Positions 1 through 10,719 of a stretch of 64,000 bases of DNA are shown here, one piece after another. The DNA comes from an uncultured Roseburia sp. (lineage in GTDB: Bacteria > Bacillota > Clostridia > Lachnospirales > Lachnospiraceae). Numbering within the stretch: position 1 is the stretch's first letter; each line of letters starts with the position of its first letter. The stretch covers positions 21,249-85,248 of the forward strand of contig CAJTYI010000002.1 of NCBI GenBank assembly GCA_910584215.1. Reading direction: 5' to 3'. The notes under the pieces are model-generated. The model was not told the DNA's origin and searched no databases. It saw nothing but the letters and a program-made list of their open reading frames with translations. A program made the position numbers and the translations under genes.

Positions 1-1118
1 TGCGCTAAAATAGTCCCGTTCATCGCGCTCTTATTGACAAAATCCATATCCTTGCCCGCCAGATAATTCAGGCCGTCCAGATCGACAGGCTCCTCACCAA
101 TCATGATTGTCTCTCTCGACGTTTCCACATTTAATACCGTCTCAAACATAATTCTGGCGCCATCCTGAATAAATTGGCCCATGGAATGTAGGTCGGTCGT
201 CAAATCAACAGATGCCGGGAACAATCCTTTCTGGTCTTTGCCCTCGCTCTCCCCGTACAGCTGTTTCCACCACTCGGCTACATAGTGAAGACTCGGCTCA
301 TAATCCGCCAAAACCTCTACCGCTTTACCCTTGCGGAGTAAAATATTGCGGATTGCAGCATATTGCAGCGAATCGTTGTCTGCAAAATCTTTCTCGAGCG
401 CCATCTTTCTGCCCTCAGCGGCTCCATCCATCAAACGGTCAATGTCCGCTCCGCTGACTGCTATGGGGAGCAGACCAACTGCAGTGAGGACAGAGAAACG
501 TCCTCCCACGTCGTCGGGAACTACAAATGTCTCGTAGCCTTCTTCCGTCGCAAGATTTTTCAAAGCGCCTCTTTCCTTGTCGGTTGTGGCATAAATTCTC
601 TTTGCCGCCCCCTCTTTGCCATACTTCTTCTCAAGCATGTCCTTAAATACGCGGAATGCAATCGCCGGCTCTGTCGTGGTGCCGGACTTAGAAATAATGT
701 TCACAGAAAAGTCCCTGTCACCGATCACATCGATTAACCCTTTTAAATAGGTGCCGCTGATACTGTTTCCCGCATAGTAAATCTCGGGGGTTTTGCGCAC
801 CTCTTTGGGCAGATTGTTATAAAATCCATGTCTTAAAAACTCAATTGCCGCTCTCGCTCCCAGGTAAGAGCCTCCAATACCGATCACAACCAAAACCTCC
901 GAATCCTCGGCAATTTTGGCCGCTGCCTTTTTGATTCTGTCAAACTCTACCCTGTCGTAATCCACCGGAAGATCAATCCAACCCAAAAAGTCATTTCCCG
1001 CCCCGCTTTTTGCCACCAGCTGCTTCTTTGCATCCGCGACAAGACCACTCATGTAGGAAACTTCCTCCTCACTGATAAAAGCGGATGCTTTCGAGTAATC
1101 AAATGTAACCTTTGCCAT
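1..1118 (-). CDS. pgi: glucose-6-phosphate isomerase (3' end outside window)
   Basis: Read manually, absent from ORF track: [12 protein letters not shown]...[17 protein letters not shown]...[28 protein letters not shown] upstream of ATG 1118. Confidence 0.95.
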   Translation of the reverse strand, partial: MAKVTFDYSKASAFISEEEVSYMSGLVADAKKQLVAKSGAGNDFLGWIDLPVDYDRVEFDRIKKAAAKIAEDSEVLVVIGIGGSYLGARAAIEFLRHGFYNNLPKEVRKTPEIYYAGNSISGTYLKGLIDVIGDRDFSVNIISKSGTTTEPAIAFRVFKDMLEKKYGKEGAAKRIYATTDKERGALKNLATEEGYETFVVPDDVGGRFSVLTAVGLLPIAVSGADIDRLMDGAAEGRKMALEKDFADNDSLQYAAIRNILLRKGKAVEVLADYEPSLHYVAEWWKQLYGESEGKDQKGLFPASVDLTTDLHSMGQFIQDGARIMFETVLNVETSRETIMIGEEPVDLDGLNYLAGKDMDFVNKSAMNGTILA

Positions 1119-1217
1119 TGTTCCACGCTCCTTTGTCTTTTTATTGTTTGTATCACAAAAAGGAATTACTTTTAAAATATTTTATCAGACCTGTTGTTGG
1201 ATAGCAAGCGGTTTTCC

Positions 1218-1538
1218 TCACGAAAACACTTCGCCCAGCACCTCGTTTACTAAATGCTCCTGCTCTCTGGTCCAGCCTTCCGCCGTCACTACCTGTTCCC
1301 GTTCTTCCTGCTCCAAAGCGCCGGCAGACATGGTCACTTCCTCCTTCATAAGCCTTTCGTGTCCAGGCTCCATCGCAGACAGCATGTCCTGTATTTTTTT
1401 CATCTGTTTTTTTTGCAGCCTGATCGACCGGTTAATCCTATGTATGGAAAACACCGTAAGCGCCAATAAAAGTATCGCATATCCTGCCGCCACATAAAGG
1501 GTGTTGTCCGTAACAAAAGTCCATAATTGTTCCATCAA
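1218..1538 (-). CDS. hypothetical small membrane protein
   Basis: 106-aa ORF with one N-terminal hydrophobic helix and GGAGG RBS. Confidence 0.65.
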   Translation of the reverse strand: MMEQLWTFVTDNTLYVAAGYAILLLALTVFSIHRINRSIRLQKKQMKKIQDMLSAMEPGHERLMKEEVTMSAGALEQEEREQVVTAEGWTREQEHLVNEVLGEVFS

Positions 1539-1834
1539 TGACCCTCCATTCCTGCTTGTCCCATATCATGCGGACAAGACAATATGTTTCTGTTCACCCA
1601 TACCACATATTATAATTCTTTTTTCCGATTTGAAAAGTCCCTTGGGCACAAAACCGCTCGCAACTTTCGACAATTTTGGCACCTCATCCCACCCAAACCA
1701 GGGATAAAAGAACGATTTTATGCAATCATCCATGAAAAAAACAAAGCAACATCTTCGTTATATTGTACCGGCATTTTATCTCAGTAAAAAGCTGCCATAT
1801 AACTACAAATTTTCTATAATATGTAAGACTATTC

Positions 1835-1863
1835 TTGACTTTTTAGCGCCAAGGTATTATAAA
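1835..1863 (+). promoter_or_regulatory. sigmaA-type promoter of murG
   Basis: TTGACT-17 nt-TATAAA. Confidence 0.55.
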
Positions 1864-1901
1864 ATAGAACAGTGAGTTATATATGGAAAGGACGAAATCC
1901 T

Positions 1902-2975
1902 ATGAAAAAGATTGTAATGACCGGAGGCGGCACCGCGGGTCATGTGACACCCAACATTGCCCTGATGCCTGCGCTGCGCAACGAAGGTTTTGAGATCTCT
2001 TATATCGGTTCCTATGACGGGATTGAGAAACGTCTAATTGAAGAGCAGGGAATCCCTTACTATGGCATCTCGTCGGGAAAGTTAAGACGCTACTTCGATC
2101 CCAAGAATTTTTCCGACCCGTTTAAGGTGATAAAAGGCTATCGACAGTCTGTCAAACTTTTAAAACAGTTAGCACCGGATGTGGTGTTCTCCAAAGGCGG
2201 CTTCGTGTCTGTTCCTGTTGTGATGGCGGCAAAGCATTGTAAAATTCCTGCGATCATCCACGAATCAGACCTGACTCCCGGCCTTGCAAACCGCCTCGCC
2301 ATACCCAGCGCCACCAAGGTATGCTGTAATTTCCCGGAAACCCTGCAGTATCTGCCGGAGGAAAAAGCCATACTGACAGGCTCACCGCTGCGCAAGGAAC
2401 TTCTCAAAGGAAATGCAAACGCTGCGTTCTCCCTTTGCCAGTTCACCGAGCGCAAACCTACGATTTTGATCATTGGCGGAAGCAGCGGCAGTCGCGCAAT
2501 CAACACGGCGATCCGCAATTTGCTGCCGGAACTCCGCAAAAATTATAATATCATTCATCTCTGCGGAAAAGGCAACTTGGACGATTCCAGACAGGGCACC
2601 CAGGGATATGCACAATTTGAATATGCAAACAAAGAGCTTTCTGACATGTTTGCCCTGGCTGATCTGGTAATTTCACGCGCTGGCGCCAATGCGATCTGCG
2701 AACTTCTTGCATTGAAAAAGCTGCATATTTTAATTCCACTTCCCGCTGCAGCCAGCAGAGGCGATCAAATTCTAAATGCGAATTCGTTCCGCGCACAGGG
2801 TTTTAGCTATGTACTTGAGGAGGAGAATCTCACAAACACTACGCTTTTAGAAGCGATCGAGACTGTCTTCCAAAAGAAAGAAGAATACATAACTGCCATG
2901 AACAACAACAGCGGCCATAATCCGGTCGATATGATCGTCAAATTGATTATGGATGCTGCAAAATCGTCCCACTGA
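1902..2975 (+). CDS. murG: undecaprenyldiphospho-muramoylpentapeptide beta-N-acetylglucosaminyltransferase
   Basis: GGGTAGHVTP, FSKGGFVSVP, IHESD, GGSSGS, SRAGANAICE motifs; start set at MKKIVMTGGG. Confidence 0.95.
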   Translation: MKKIVMTGGGTAGHVTPNIALMPALRNEGFEISYIGSYDGIEKRLIEEQGIPYYGISSGKLRRYFDPKNFSDPFKVIKGYRQSVKLLKQLAPDVVFSKGGFVSVPVVMAAKHCKIPAIIHESDLTPGLANRLAIPSATKVCCNFPETLQYLPEEKAILTGSPLRKELLKGNANAAFSLCQFTERKPTILIIGGSSGSRAINTAIRNLLPELRKNYNIIHLCGKGNLDDSRQGTQGYAQFEYANKELSDMFALADLVISRAGANAICELLALKKLHILIPLPAAASRGDQILNANSFRAQGFSYVLEEENLTNTTLLEAIETVFQKKEEYITAMNNNSGHNPVDMIVKLIMDAAKSSH

Positions 2976-3071
2976 ATCCTCTATCATTTTCCATGAAATT
3001 ATTTTACCATAACTTTTGCTTATGCCAATGATATCCGACAAATATTGATATCATTGGCAGACTTTTGTGTA

Positions 3072-3491
3072 TTAATCTGTCTTCAAAGATTCGCTGATTT
3101 CACTCATCTCCTCAGGGGTAAATGTTTCGTGCGTATAATACAAAATATCATCATTTTTTGCCCCTTTGTAACGCGGTATCAGGTGCATATGAAAGTGAAA
3201 TACGGTCTGCCCTGCCACCTCATTGTTATTTTGTAAAAGATTGAAACCATCGCAGTGCAGCACATTCGTCATATGAATCGCCAACTTTTTTGCAAGTTTT
3301 AACACATTTCCTGCTGTCTCGTCCGGTATTTCATATAAGTTTGCCACATGTTTTTTGGGCAAAATCAAAGCATGGCCACGCGTCGCCGGAGATATATCTA
3401 GGATTACTTTAAACTCTTCATCCTCGTAAATTGTGTTTGACGGTATCTCTCCACCTATAATCTTACAAAAAATACAATTATCCTCTCTCAT
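3072..3491 (-). CDS. HIT family nucleotide hydrolase
   Basis: CIFCKII N-terminus and AGQTVFHFHMHLIPR histidine triad. Confidence 0.95.
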   Translation of the reverse strand: MREDNCIFCKIIGGEIPSNTIYEDEEFKVILDISPATRGHALILPKKHVANLYEIPDETAGNVLKLAKKLAIHMTNVLHCDGFNLLQNNNEVAGQTVFHFHMHLIPRYKGAKNDDILYYTHETFTPEEMSEISESLKTD

Positions 3492-3603
3492 ATTACCCCT
3501 CCACTTTGTGTCAATTTTCGTCGTAAAAAGTCGCTTTTATTCATTTTTGCTCGATTTCTATCTGATTTTGTTGAATGGTTCATATTGAACTTTATCCCCG
3601 ATA

Positions 3604-4293
3604 ATGCTAAACTGTTATAAAAGAAGATGCATGGAGTGTACAGTTATGATAAAAAATGAAAATTACCTTACTATTTTTCACGAAATTAAAAATTCTATTA
3701 CTCTCATCAACAGTTCGCTTCAATTAGTTGCCAAAAAACATCCAGAAGTCATTGACTTTGATTACTGGAATGAAACAATCTCCGAGATTGGTTTATTAAA
3801 AAATATGGTGACTCAGCTCTCCTCCAGTAGACTTGGCGATAATCTAAATCTTACGGAGGTTGATCTCAAATCTTATATGAGGCAGATTATGAATTCTGCC
3901 TACATGCTTTCCTCTGATGATTTTCATTGCGAACTGTTCATGGAGGAAGATCTGCCCGCTGTAATGCTTGATCAACAGCTGTTACGGCAGGCTGTCATTA
4001 ATCTCATTAAAAATGCTTACGAGGCGATGCAGGAAATCGGCACCGTCAAAATAAACGTCACTTTTTCTGACAACTGGCTGCGTATTGCCATCATCGATTC
4101 CGGCGGAGGTCTAGACCCGGCTATGGCAGAAAGCGTCTTTGAACCTTTCATCACATCGAAAACCGGTGGAAGCGGCCTCGGTCTCTCCATTACCCAAAAA
4201 ATTATTGAATCTCACCAAGGCATGCTAACCTGCGATTCCAGACCGGGTGACGGCTGTACCTTTACTATTTTACTACCCCCTATGCAAAATTAA
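3604..4293 (+). CDS. orphan cytoplasmic histidine kinase (HisKA + HATPase_c)
   Basis: FHEIKN H-box, NLIKNA N-box, DSGGG, FEPF, GSGLGL; no TM or sensor region; exact start uncertain. Confidence 0.85.
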   Translation: MLNCYKRRCMECTVMIKNENYLTIFHEIKNSITLINSSLQLVAKKHPEVIDFDYWNETISEIGLLKNMVTQLSSSRLGDNLNLTEVDLKSYMRQIMNSAYMLSSDDFHCELFMEEDLPAVMLDQQLLRQAVINLIKNAYEAMQEIGTVKINVTFSDNWLRIAIIDSGGGLDPAMAESVFEPFITSKTGGSGLGLSITQKIIESHQGMLTCDSRPGDGCTFTILLPPMQN

Positions 4294-5272
4294 ACAGTGT
4301 ATCCAACATAGTAAGGGTTTTGAAATTTCCTTTTGCCGGCATTTTCCCTGTCATAAACGCCCTTTGAAACGTCATTCTCCCACATACGATATCATCCATG
4401 ACCTGCATGGAAAGCTTAACATAAATATCTATATTATCCTCCTCTCCATACTGAATCGTAAGATTATCTCCATCTACTCCCAAAAACAACGGATTCTGCA
4501 AATCAGAAAACATAAACAGATACCGCGCGGCAAACCCTGCCTGCGGTACAAAGTGATCCCGCAATTTGTCAATGTAAAGTTCTTTATCTTCTTTCTGCTC
4601 TTTTCCAAGCATATCCTTAAACATAGATGCCAGTTCCTGTATGTCCTCTTTTTGTTTTTTTACATACCGGTCATCCGACACATATTGGGACAATTGCTCG
4701 CTCTCCTGTGGTGTCAATTCCATCTGCGGCGTCCGCAAAACGCTTTGCTTAACCGCCTGATTACTGTTGGGCAGGCTCTTCATCTTCTGTGAGATCGTGC
4801 GATACAATGTCTCAGCTTTTTTCTCAATAATTACCGTATAGTCTTTATTCATTTCAAATGCAACCAAATCCTCGACATAGCCGCAAAGACCCGGACATGG
4901 CAATCCTCCGAGTATCTCCCAAGCATTGGCCAAATCCATCTCACCTTCACGCTCTCCGTATGTTGTGGACATCACAATCGGCTGCATATAGGTAGTTTTG
5001 ATCTTTTCTTTATCACCGTACAGCCAGCAGGCATCCAAAAATTGCTGCATATAACCGCCGATTCCCAGCCATTCCACCGTAGTCGCCAAAATAATGCCGT
5101 CCGCGTCACGCATGGTCTGCGGTAATGTCGCAATCTCATTTTTGTACTCATATATATTAATGCGCTCCACCGTCACGCGAAGCTCCCGCAGTACCTCTTC
5201 CATCTTGTTCAAAACATACAGGGTCGGATCGTCTAATAGACCGCGCCCACCATAATAAATAGTTACCTTCAT
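4280..5272 (-). CDS. flavodoxin-like (FMN reductase fold) protein fused to an SCP2 sterol-binding domain
   Basis: N-terminal ADGIILATTVEW...MQQFLD; C-terminal GRMTFQRAFMTGKMPAKGNF is SCP2-like. Confidence 0.75.
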   Translation of the reverse strand: MKVTIYYGGRGLLDDPTLYVLNKMEEVLRELRVTVERINIYEYKNEIATLPQTMRDADGIILATTVEWLGIGGYMQQFLDACWLYGDKEKIKTTYMQPIVMSTTYGEREGEMDLANAWEILGGLPCPGLCGYVEDLVAFEMNKDYTVIIEKKAETLYRTISQKMKSLPNSNQAVKQSVLRTPQMELTPQESEQLSQYVSDDRYVKKQKEDIQELASMFKDMLGKEQKEDKELYIDKLRDHFVPQAGFAARYLFMFSDLQNPLFLGVDGDNLTIQYGEEDNIDIYVKLSMQVMDDIVCGRMTFQRAFMTGKMPAKGNFKTLTMLDTLFNFA

Positions 5273-5425
5273 ACCCGCCTCCATTTCGTATCACCAATAA
5301 TGCCGTATGTCTAGTATATTAATTTTTGAATCTAAAATCAACATTTTTGATACAAAATTGCAAGGGTCCGCGATTGAAAATTTTTATTTTCTATCCTCCA
5401 TCAACAACCAATGTCTTTCATCGAT

Positions 5426-6070
5426 TCAAACCTGACATTCCACATTGCGCGGTCTGCGGCGATACAATAATATGGTAACCAAAAAACCGGTCACAATACC
5501 TCCTATGTGCCCAGCATTATCTACACCGATCGTGGCAAACCCGTAATACAGGCTGAGAGCAACCATCAATACCATTCCTTTGGTGGTAATCCCATCAACA
5601 TTGCCGCGATTTTTAATCACAACCCACAACAGGCTGCCAATCAGGCCAAACACGGCCCCCGAAGCGCCCGCCGACACTGCGTATTCTCCCCTGTACACCA
5701 TTGTAAAGCAGGAGAGCAGACTGCCGCAGAGTCCGGAAAGCAGGTAAATTGCCAACGTTTTCCAATGGCCGGTCAGTCTTTCAACCCGAGAGCCAATGCA
5801 GCACAGGAGCACCATATTATTGGTCAAATGGTCAGCCCCGTAATGCAAAAAACAAGATGTAAGCAATCGCCAATATTGCCCCTCTCCATAAATGCGGGGC
5901 GGAAACATGCCCCCACAGCGCTCGATAAACACCGCACTCTGCGTATCCCCCATAAAGTCGGTCAACAAAAAAACTATAATATTGACTGCTGCAAACAAAA
6001 TAATCACACAGGGCATTTCTTGGATGCGCCCTCTCAGTTCCATCTGCTTTTCTCTCATACTGATCCCCAT
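5426..6070 (-). CDS. rhomboid family intramembrane serine protease
   Basis: WRLLTSCFLH, HLTNNM, GASGAVFG (catalytic Ser), NAGHIGG (catalytic His). Confidence 0.92.
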   Translation of the reverse strand: MGISMREKQMELRGRIQEMPCVIILFAAVNIIVFLLTDFMGDTQSAVFIERCGGMFPPRIYGEGQYWRLLTSCFLHYGADHLTNNMVLLCCIGSRVERLTGHWKTLAIYLLSGLCGSLLSCFTMVYRGEYAVSAGASGAVFGLIGSLLWVVIKNRGNVDGITTKGMVLMVALSLYYGFATIGVDNAGHIGGIVTGFLVTILLYRRRPRNVECQV

Positions 6071-6410
6071 TCCAGAGCGTTTACGCGTCCAGGAAGCAAA
6101 ATTCCAAAAACTGCTTCCGCCATCTGGGCCATTTGTAACGCTCCAGCAAACATAGCCAATGTAAACAAGTCCACATGCGCGGTGTCAACAATTCAGATAA
6201 TTGTTCACACGATCTCTATTCCCATAATTTCGAGCTGCGTCATCGCAAGCCAGAATAAAATATGCCCTTTGATTTGTGCGCCAAATCTTTTTCGTATTTT
6301 TCGCCATGACTCTTCGCACCTCTTATCGAGTGAGCATGTTGACGATAAATCCCATCATGATCTTTTGATATACTTCTGTATTTAAGATGCGTCTGGTTCC
6401 GCTTCGTTCT

Positions 6411-6439
6411 ATTATAGTGAGAATCGATGGAGATTGCAA
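6411..6439 (-). promoter_or_regulatory. sigmaA promoter upstream of the rhomboid gene
   Basis: Minus strand TTGCAA-17 nt-TATAAT. Confidence 0.65.
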
Positions 6440-7608
6440 ACAGATTTCATTATATACTTCTTAAATAAATCTAAACTTTTTATCTGCAAACATAACCGAC
6501 CCATTTTTTTAAGGCTCATGCGCACTCGATAGTTGAGCAATTCTCCATCCACATAGGTGCCATTTGAGGAATTTAAGTCTTCGATGAAGTAGATCTCCTC
6601 TTGTCTGGTAACTCTGGCATGTCTGCGACTGACTGCCTCTCCCGGCAGATATCCATTACAGCTTTTATCGCTGCCAATCACATAAGGAAAACGGTCAAGC
6701 ACTAAGTCTGCCTGTTCCCCCTCTCCTTCATACCGCAGCACTCCCTCGACTTTTTGAGGGATGTCCGACAAAAGTACCGTGGGATGAATATTCCGATCTT
6801 CTTTCTCTTCATCCGGCAAAAACACAAATACCTCTTCCTTTTTAGTCCTGTTCCTTTTCGCCGCTTTCCTTAGCTGCGTTTTTCTAGTATCCCCGCCAAA
6901 ATACCTTTTTACTCGATTGCATACTCCTTGCCAGAATGCCTGGATATCCTCGCCGTATTTGTGTCCCCCATTTTTCGTCTGTTTCTCCGTCGTCTCCTTT
7001 GGGCATATCTCCACCGTCTGCTTCTGCTGTGGCGGATACTCTTTCTCCTGCACGGGCTCCTCTTCCCTATTATAAACAACCCGAACATCCTGCAATAATT
7101 CCATCAGGCCATATCCCTCCTGCCGCGTGTTCTCATACAGAGCGTACATTAATTCTACTGCTTTGTCGTCCTTGTGATCAACTCTCGTCAGCAAATATTC
7201 CGCCAGCTCAGCAAAAGATCGGTAAAGCTTACGATCATAACCGGGATAATAACAAAAATAAATCATTTCATTACGACTGTCCACAAATATGGTATTCGGC
7301 AAAAGCCACAGATGATCGGGTGAAAGCAAAAGCCTTTCCAGCCGATTCGTGATCTCCAAAAGTTTTATCAACAGTCTGCATAAAAGCCCATAATCCAGTC
7401 TGCCATCCTCCAATAAAGTGTCCAACGCCTGTTTGCCTGTAATATCAAACCAAAGTTGACAGGTCTGATTTACACTGACTTGTTTTGCAAACAAGACGCC
7501 GCTGATTTGATTATGTTCTACCATAGACGACTCCCACTGTGTCAACTCTTTTTCCATTGCAGTCACCATATGGCTCGCATTGAGATGTCTGATATATTCT
7601 ATGTTCAT
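6412..7608 (-). CDS. DUF6382-like + FHA domain protein (Tad-locus associated); last ~17 codons probably frameshifted
   Basis: FHA motifs IG...VSRRHA...EDLNSSNGTYVDG; start set at MNIEYIRH; probable true stop at 6461. Confidence 0.8.
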   Translation of the reverse strand: MNIEYIRHLNASHMVTAMEKELTQWESSMVEHNQISGVLFAKQVSVNQTCQLWFDITGKQALDTLLEDGRLDYGLLCRLLIKLLEITNRLERLLLSPDHLWLLPNTIFVDSRNEMIYFCYYPGYDRKLYRSFAELAEYLLTRVDHKDDKAVELMYALYENTRQEGYGLMELLQDVRVVYNREEEPVQEKEYPPQQKQTVEICPKETTEKQTKNGGHKYGEDIQAFWQGVCNRVKRYFGGDTRKTQLRKAAKRNRTKKEEVFVFLPDEEKEDRNIHPTVLLSDIPQKVEGVLRYEGEGEQADLVLDRFPYVIGSDKSCNGYLPGEAVSRRHARVTRQEEIYFIEDLNSSNGTYVDGELLNYRVRMSLKKMGRLCLQIKSLDLFKKYIMKSVCNLHRFSL

Positions 7609-7621
7609 CCTAAGCCTACCT

Positions 7622-7858
7622 TTATTCAAATAATTTATTCCACATCTGTCTCTGTCTGAAGTCGGATATCGCGTCATATGAGCTTTCATTGGCCGCCGTC
7701 TCCCTTACTTCCACATACAGATTAACGCCCTGGTGCATTACTTCCACAAATACCAGCAATACAATAGGAAGCACCAATGCCGCCTCCACCGTAAATTCTG
7801 CTTTTACTCTTCTCAATATACCCTCCTTCTGCACACAGCCTGCCGTCACCTCCCACAT
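7622..7858 (-). CDS. short TadE-like pseudopilin
   Basis: FTVEAALVLPIVLLVF pseudopilin motif; inside the tad operon. Confidence 0.7.
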   Translation of the reverse strand: MWEVTAGCVQKEGILRRVKAEFTVEAALVLPIVLLVFVEVMHQGVNLYVEVRETAANESSYDAISDFRQRQMWNKLFE

Positions 7859-7894
7859 ATTATATTAAAGCGGTCTACCAACACATACCACATA

Positions 7895-8344
7895 TCAAGG
7901 CAGTCTCCACCCACAATTATGCCACAACACCGCGACATACCCCGCCAGTAAGAAAGGATAGAAGGGAACGCTAGACTCCCGGTTACACTTTTTGGTAAAC
8001 AGCAGCAGTAATCCTGTGATTCCTGCCAGATAAAGCGCACTGATAAACATCCGCAAGAAATCCCATAATTCCAAATACATCGCACCGACGATCAGAATCC
8101 ACCCGTCGCCAGCACCGATTTTGCCCCGTGACAAACAGGAAAGGGCAAGCATCACAATTCCTATGCCTATTCCTGTCAGCACGGAAATCCACTGTGTTCC
8201 ACTGTCAGCAGTCCGAAACAGAACACCTCCAAAACCCAATACCACTATGGCAGCCGTACTTACTTCTTTTTTCTTATAATCTTGATAGGATAATAGTGAC
8301 AATCCTACGAAAAATAGTATTTGCTCTACTCCTGTATGATTCAT
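7895..8344 (-). CDS. A24 family prepilin peptidase
   Basis: YQDYKKKEV and IGAGDGW aspartate motifs; VPFYPFL; start set at MNHTG. Confidence 0.85.
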   Translation of the reverse strand: MNHTGVEQILFFVGLSLLSYQDYKKKEVSTAAIVVLGFGGVLFRTADSGTQWISVLTGIGIGIVMLALSCLSRGKIGAGDGWILIVGAMYLELWDFLRMFISALYLAGITGLLLLFTKKCNRESSVPFYPFLLAGYVAVLWHNCGWRLP

Positions 8345-8346
8345 TT

Positions 8347-9219
8347 TCAAACTCCTCCACAACGGCGGCAGGAACTTCGATTGCCCACTGCGGACAACCT
8401 GATACGATAGACTGTTCGCTTCAGGCCACTGCACTGCAGTCTGCAATGATAAGCATTTCCCTGGTTGGTGATAAAAATATTACCGTTTTTGCCTGGATTT
8501 TCTCCCATGGCGCAGCGGCGGCAGGGAAAATATTTTCCTCCGTCCTCGTTTCTCATTTCGCCAAGGCCGCCCGCCGGCACACATTTGACGGATAAATTGA
8601 GATAACTGCAATCCTCTGATCGATGATATACCGTTCCCGTTTCCGTGATATAAACCCATTGATTATCTGTCTCCCCCTCACTGCCGCCTGTCCATCCGAT
8701 CCACTTGTGGCAGACTGCCTTTGACGCCATGGACATTTTGATCTTCCCAAATACGGTGAGCGGGCATGTCATTTGGTAATCCACGACAAGTGATACGTAA
8801 TCTTCGTCCCATTTAGACTGTGACAAGCGTATACCCGTCATACCACCGTCGATATAGTCCACGACACTCCCGGCATGTGACAACTCCCGGCCGAGCAAAA
8901 GCCATGCCATCGACTGTCCCTGGACATCATCTGCCGCCATTGCAACCGCAAGTTCTGCACTTACACGCGTAACTGCTTTCTGCATCACGATCTGTACCTG
9001 CATAACCCGAAATAAGAATAACAGACAGACAAAAAAACAGACGCAGATTGGCAGAATCCATGCCGCTTCCACCGTCATAGCACCACAAAGGCATGTGTCG
9101 CATGGTGTCTCTTTTCCTGGATATAAAGGAGTTATGATGGCATTTTTATCTATTTTCTTTTTGGGGAGAGTTTTCCTTTCATTTTTTTTATTTATGGACA
9201 ACGGATAAAGAGACACCAT
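8347..9219 (-). CDS. TadE family pseudopilin with C-terminal Cys/His metal-binding repeats
   Basis: GAMTVEAAWILP motif; two repeats of the form (V/I)(Y/F)IT..G..YH...C..L...C..C; start uncertain. Confidence 0.8.
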   Translation of the reverse strand: MVSLYPLSINKKNERKTLPKKKIDKNAIITPLYPGKETPCDTCLCGAMTVEAAWILPICVCFFVCLLFLFRVMQVQIVMQKAVTRVSAELAVAMAADDVQGQSMAWLLLGRELSHAGSVVDYIDGGMTGIRLSQSKWDEDYVSLVVDYQMTCPLTVFGKIKMSMASKAVCHKWIGWTGGSEGETDNQWVYITETGTVYHRSEDCSYLNLSVKCVPAGGLGEMRNEDGGKYFPCRRCAMGENPGKNGNIFITNQGNAYHCRLQCSGLKRTVYRIRLSAVGNRSSCRRCGGV

Positions 9220-9234
9220 GCGACACCTGCCTTT

Positions 9235-10719
9235 CTATGGTAAATAAGATATCTGTTTTGTTTTTTGGAAACAATAATCACTTTCTCCCGGACTACCGAC
9301 GACAATCAATGACGTAAACCGTCCGTCCGCCTGATAAGACGACTGGCATGTCATCTTGGTAATCAAAGCATCCATGGCAAAATTTGGATATCCGTCGCTT
9401 TGAATCTGCTTTTCAATCAAATCCATCATACGATAGGAAAGCTGTTTTTTTCCTTTTGCCCACAGCATCTGTTTTAAATAATCCTGATAAGAAAAACCGT
9501 GCTCGCAATGCTTTGCTTTGGCTCCGCTATTAACTACCTGCATCATATCGGCAGTATCAGTTGTCCATTCCGCGCTGTTTTTTAGAAAAGATACCCGATC
9601 ACCTGCCAAAAGCGCGCGCACATCGAGCAAACTCTCCACAAAAGCCCAGGCAGCCATAACGCCTACTTGCACTGCCCGGACAACCGGTGGATTGGCCGAA
9701 GCTCCAGCCAAACTGGCGGCCGCCGCCATCGCCTCCGCCTTTTTCTTTGCATCAAGCGATATACTGCAAAAATTAGCCGCTTCCCGCATTAACAATAGGC
9801 GCTCTACCGCAGCCTCCAGATTTGCTCTGTCACCATTTTTGCCACACAGCACATATTCCAATTCATAGGCGAGCTGGCGATCTGCCGCCGGACTAACAAA
9901 ATCAGCTAGTACTGTCCCGCAATATTCCACCGCTAAAATTTTTTCCCCAAAGGAAGCATTGCTCGTATCATTACTGTTCCCTTTTCTCAATACCCTCTGT
10001 GAAACACACTGATTAAAATCTGCTGTCTTTTTCGATACAGACTCCAGATTTGGCACAACTAGACCCAAAACTGCCGTCTGCTTTAATTGCCGCGCCAACT
10101 CCAGCGGATTTTCGTTTCTCTCGGATGTCTGTGATGACGATATAACCTCCGCCGCTTCACTGCCTTCTGTTGCCTGTTCCTGAGCCTGCTTCCTGGCCTC
10201 CTCCACTGCCGCCAAACCCGATTCTACACCATCTTTCGCCTCAGACATCTCCTCCACCTGCTTATTTTGTTCATATTGCTGCTTTTTCTCCTGCAAAACG
10301 CTGGCGGGAAGCTTCTCTTTCATTGCTGCTGACGCCGCCTTGAGAAAAACCGAACCTTTCCCGTCAGTCAAAAGCTGGTATTCACTGCAGCAAATATCAC
10401 TGACTGTAAGCGAAAAAAAGCTGCCCCCAATTTCTCTTCTCTCTAAATTTTCCTGAAGCGCTTCCAAGTAAGCTCCTGTCACAAAATCTACGGAAAATTC
10501 GTCTGTCCCATAAGCTCCGTCCAGTGCAAGCACACCATAGTTCTGCCACAAGGCCGGCTGATATTGGGCAAAAACAGAATCCATACAAAGTTGGGATACC
10601 CCCTCGGCCACTGTGTTTAATCCGTGTACATAGGCAGCCTCAAGCAGCGCAAACAAGAAAGATGCGATCAACATGATAGTCAGCGCAGCAAAAATTGTTA
10701 TACTCCCCCGCTTTCTCAT
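9235..10719 (-). CDS. TadG-like / DUF5702-type pilus protein
   Basis: MRKRGSITIF prepilin-like N-terminus; YELEYVLCGK motif. Confidence 0.75.
   Translation of the reverse strand: MRKRGSITIFAALTIMLIASFLFALLEAAYVHGLNTVAEGVSQLCMDSVFAQYQPALWQNYGVLALDGAYGTDEFSVDFVTGAYLEALQENLERREIGGSFFSLTVSDICCSEYQLLTDGKGSVFLKAASAAMKEKLPASVLQEKKQQYEQNKQVEEMSEAKDGVESGLAAVEEARKQAQEQATEGSEAAEVISSSQTSERNENPLELARQLKQTAVLGLVVPNLESVSKKTADFNQCVSQRVLRKGNSNDTSNASFGEKILAVEYCGTVLADFVSPAADRQLAYELEYVLCGKNGDRANLEAAVERLLLMREAANFCSISLDAKKKAEAMAAAASLAGASANPPVVRAVQVGVMAAWAFVESLLDVRALLAGDRVSFLKNSAEWTTDTADMMQVVNSGAKAKHCEHGFSYQDYLKQMLWAKGKKQLSYRMMDLIEKQIQSDGYPNFAMDALITKMTCQSSYQADGRFTSLIVVGSPGESDYCFQKTKQISYLP

Noticed and set aside
6185..6307. 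40-aa ORF (MAKNTKKIW...) with GAGGTG RBS in the rhomboid leader
   Set aside because: No recognisable motif or other support; cannot be told from chance
5507..6385. 292-aa plus-strand ORF
   Set aside because: Antisense shadow of the rhomboid gene with no motifs
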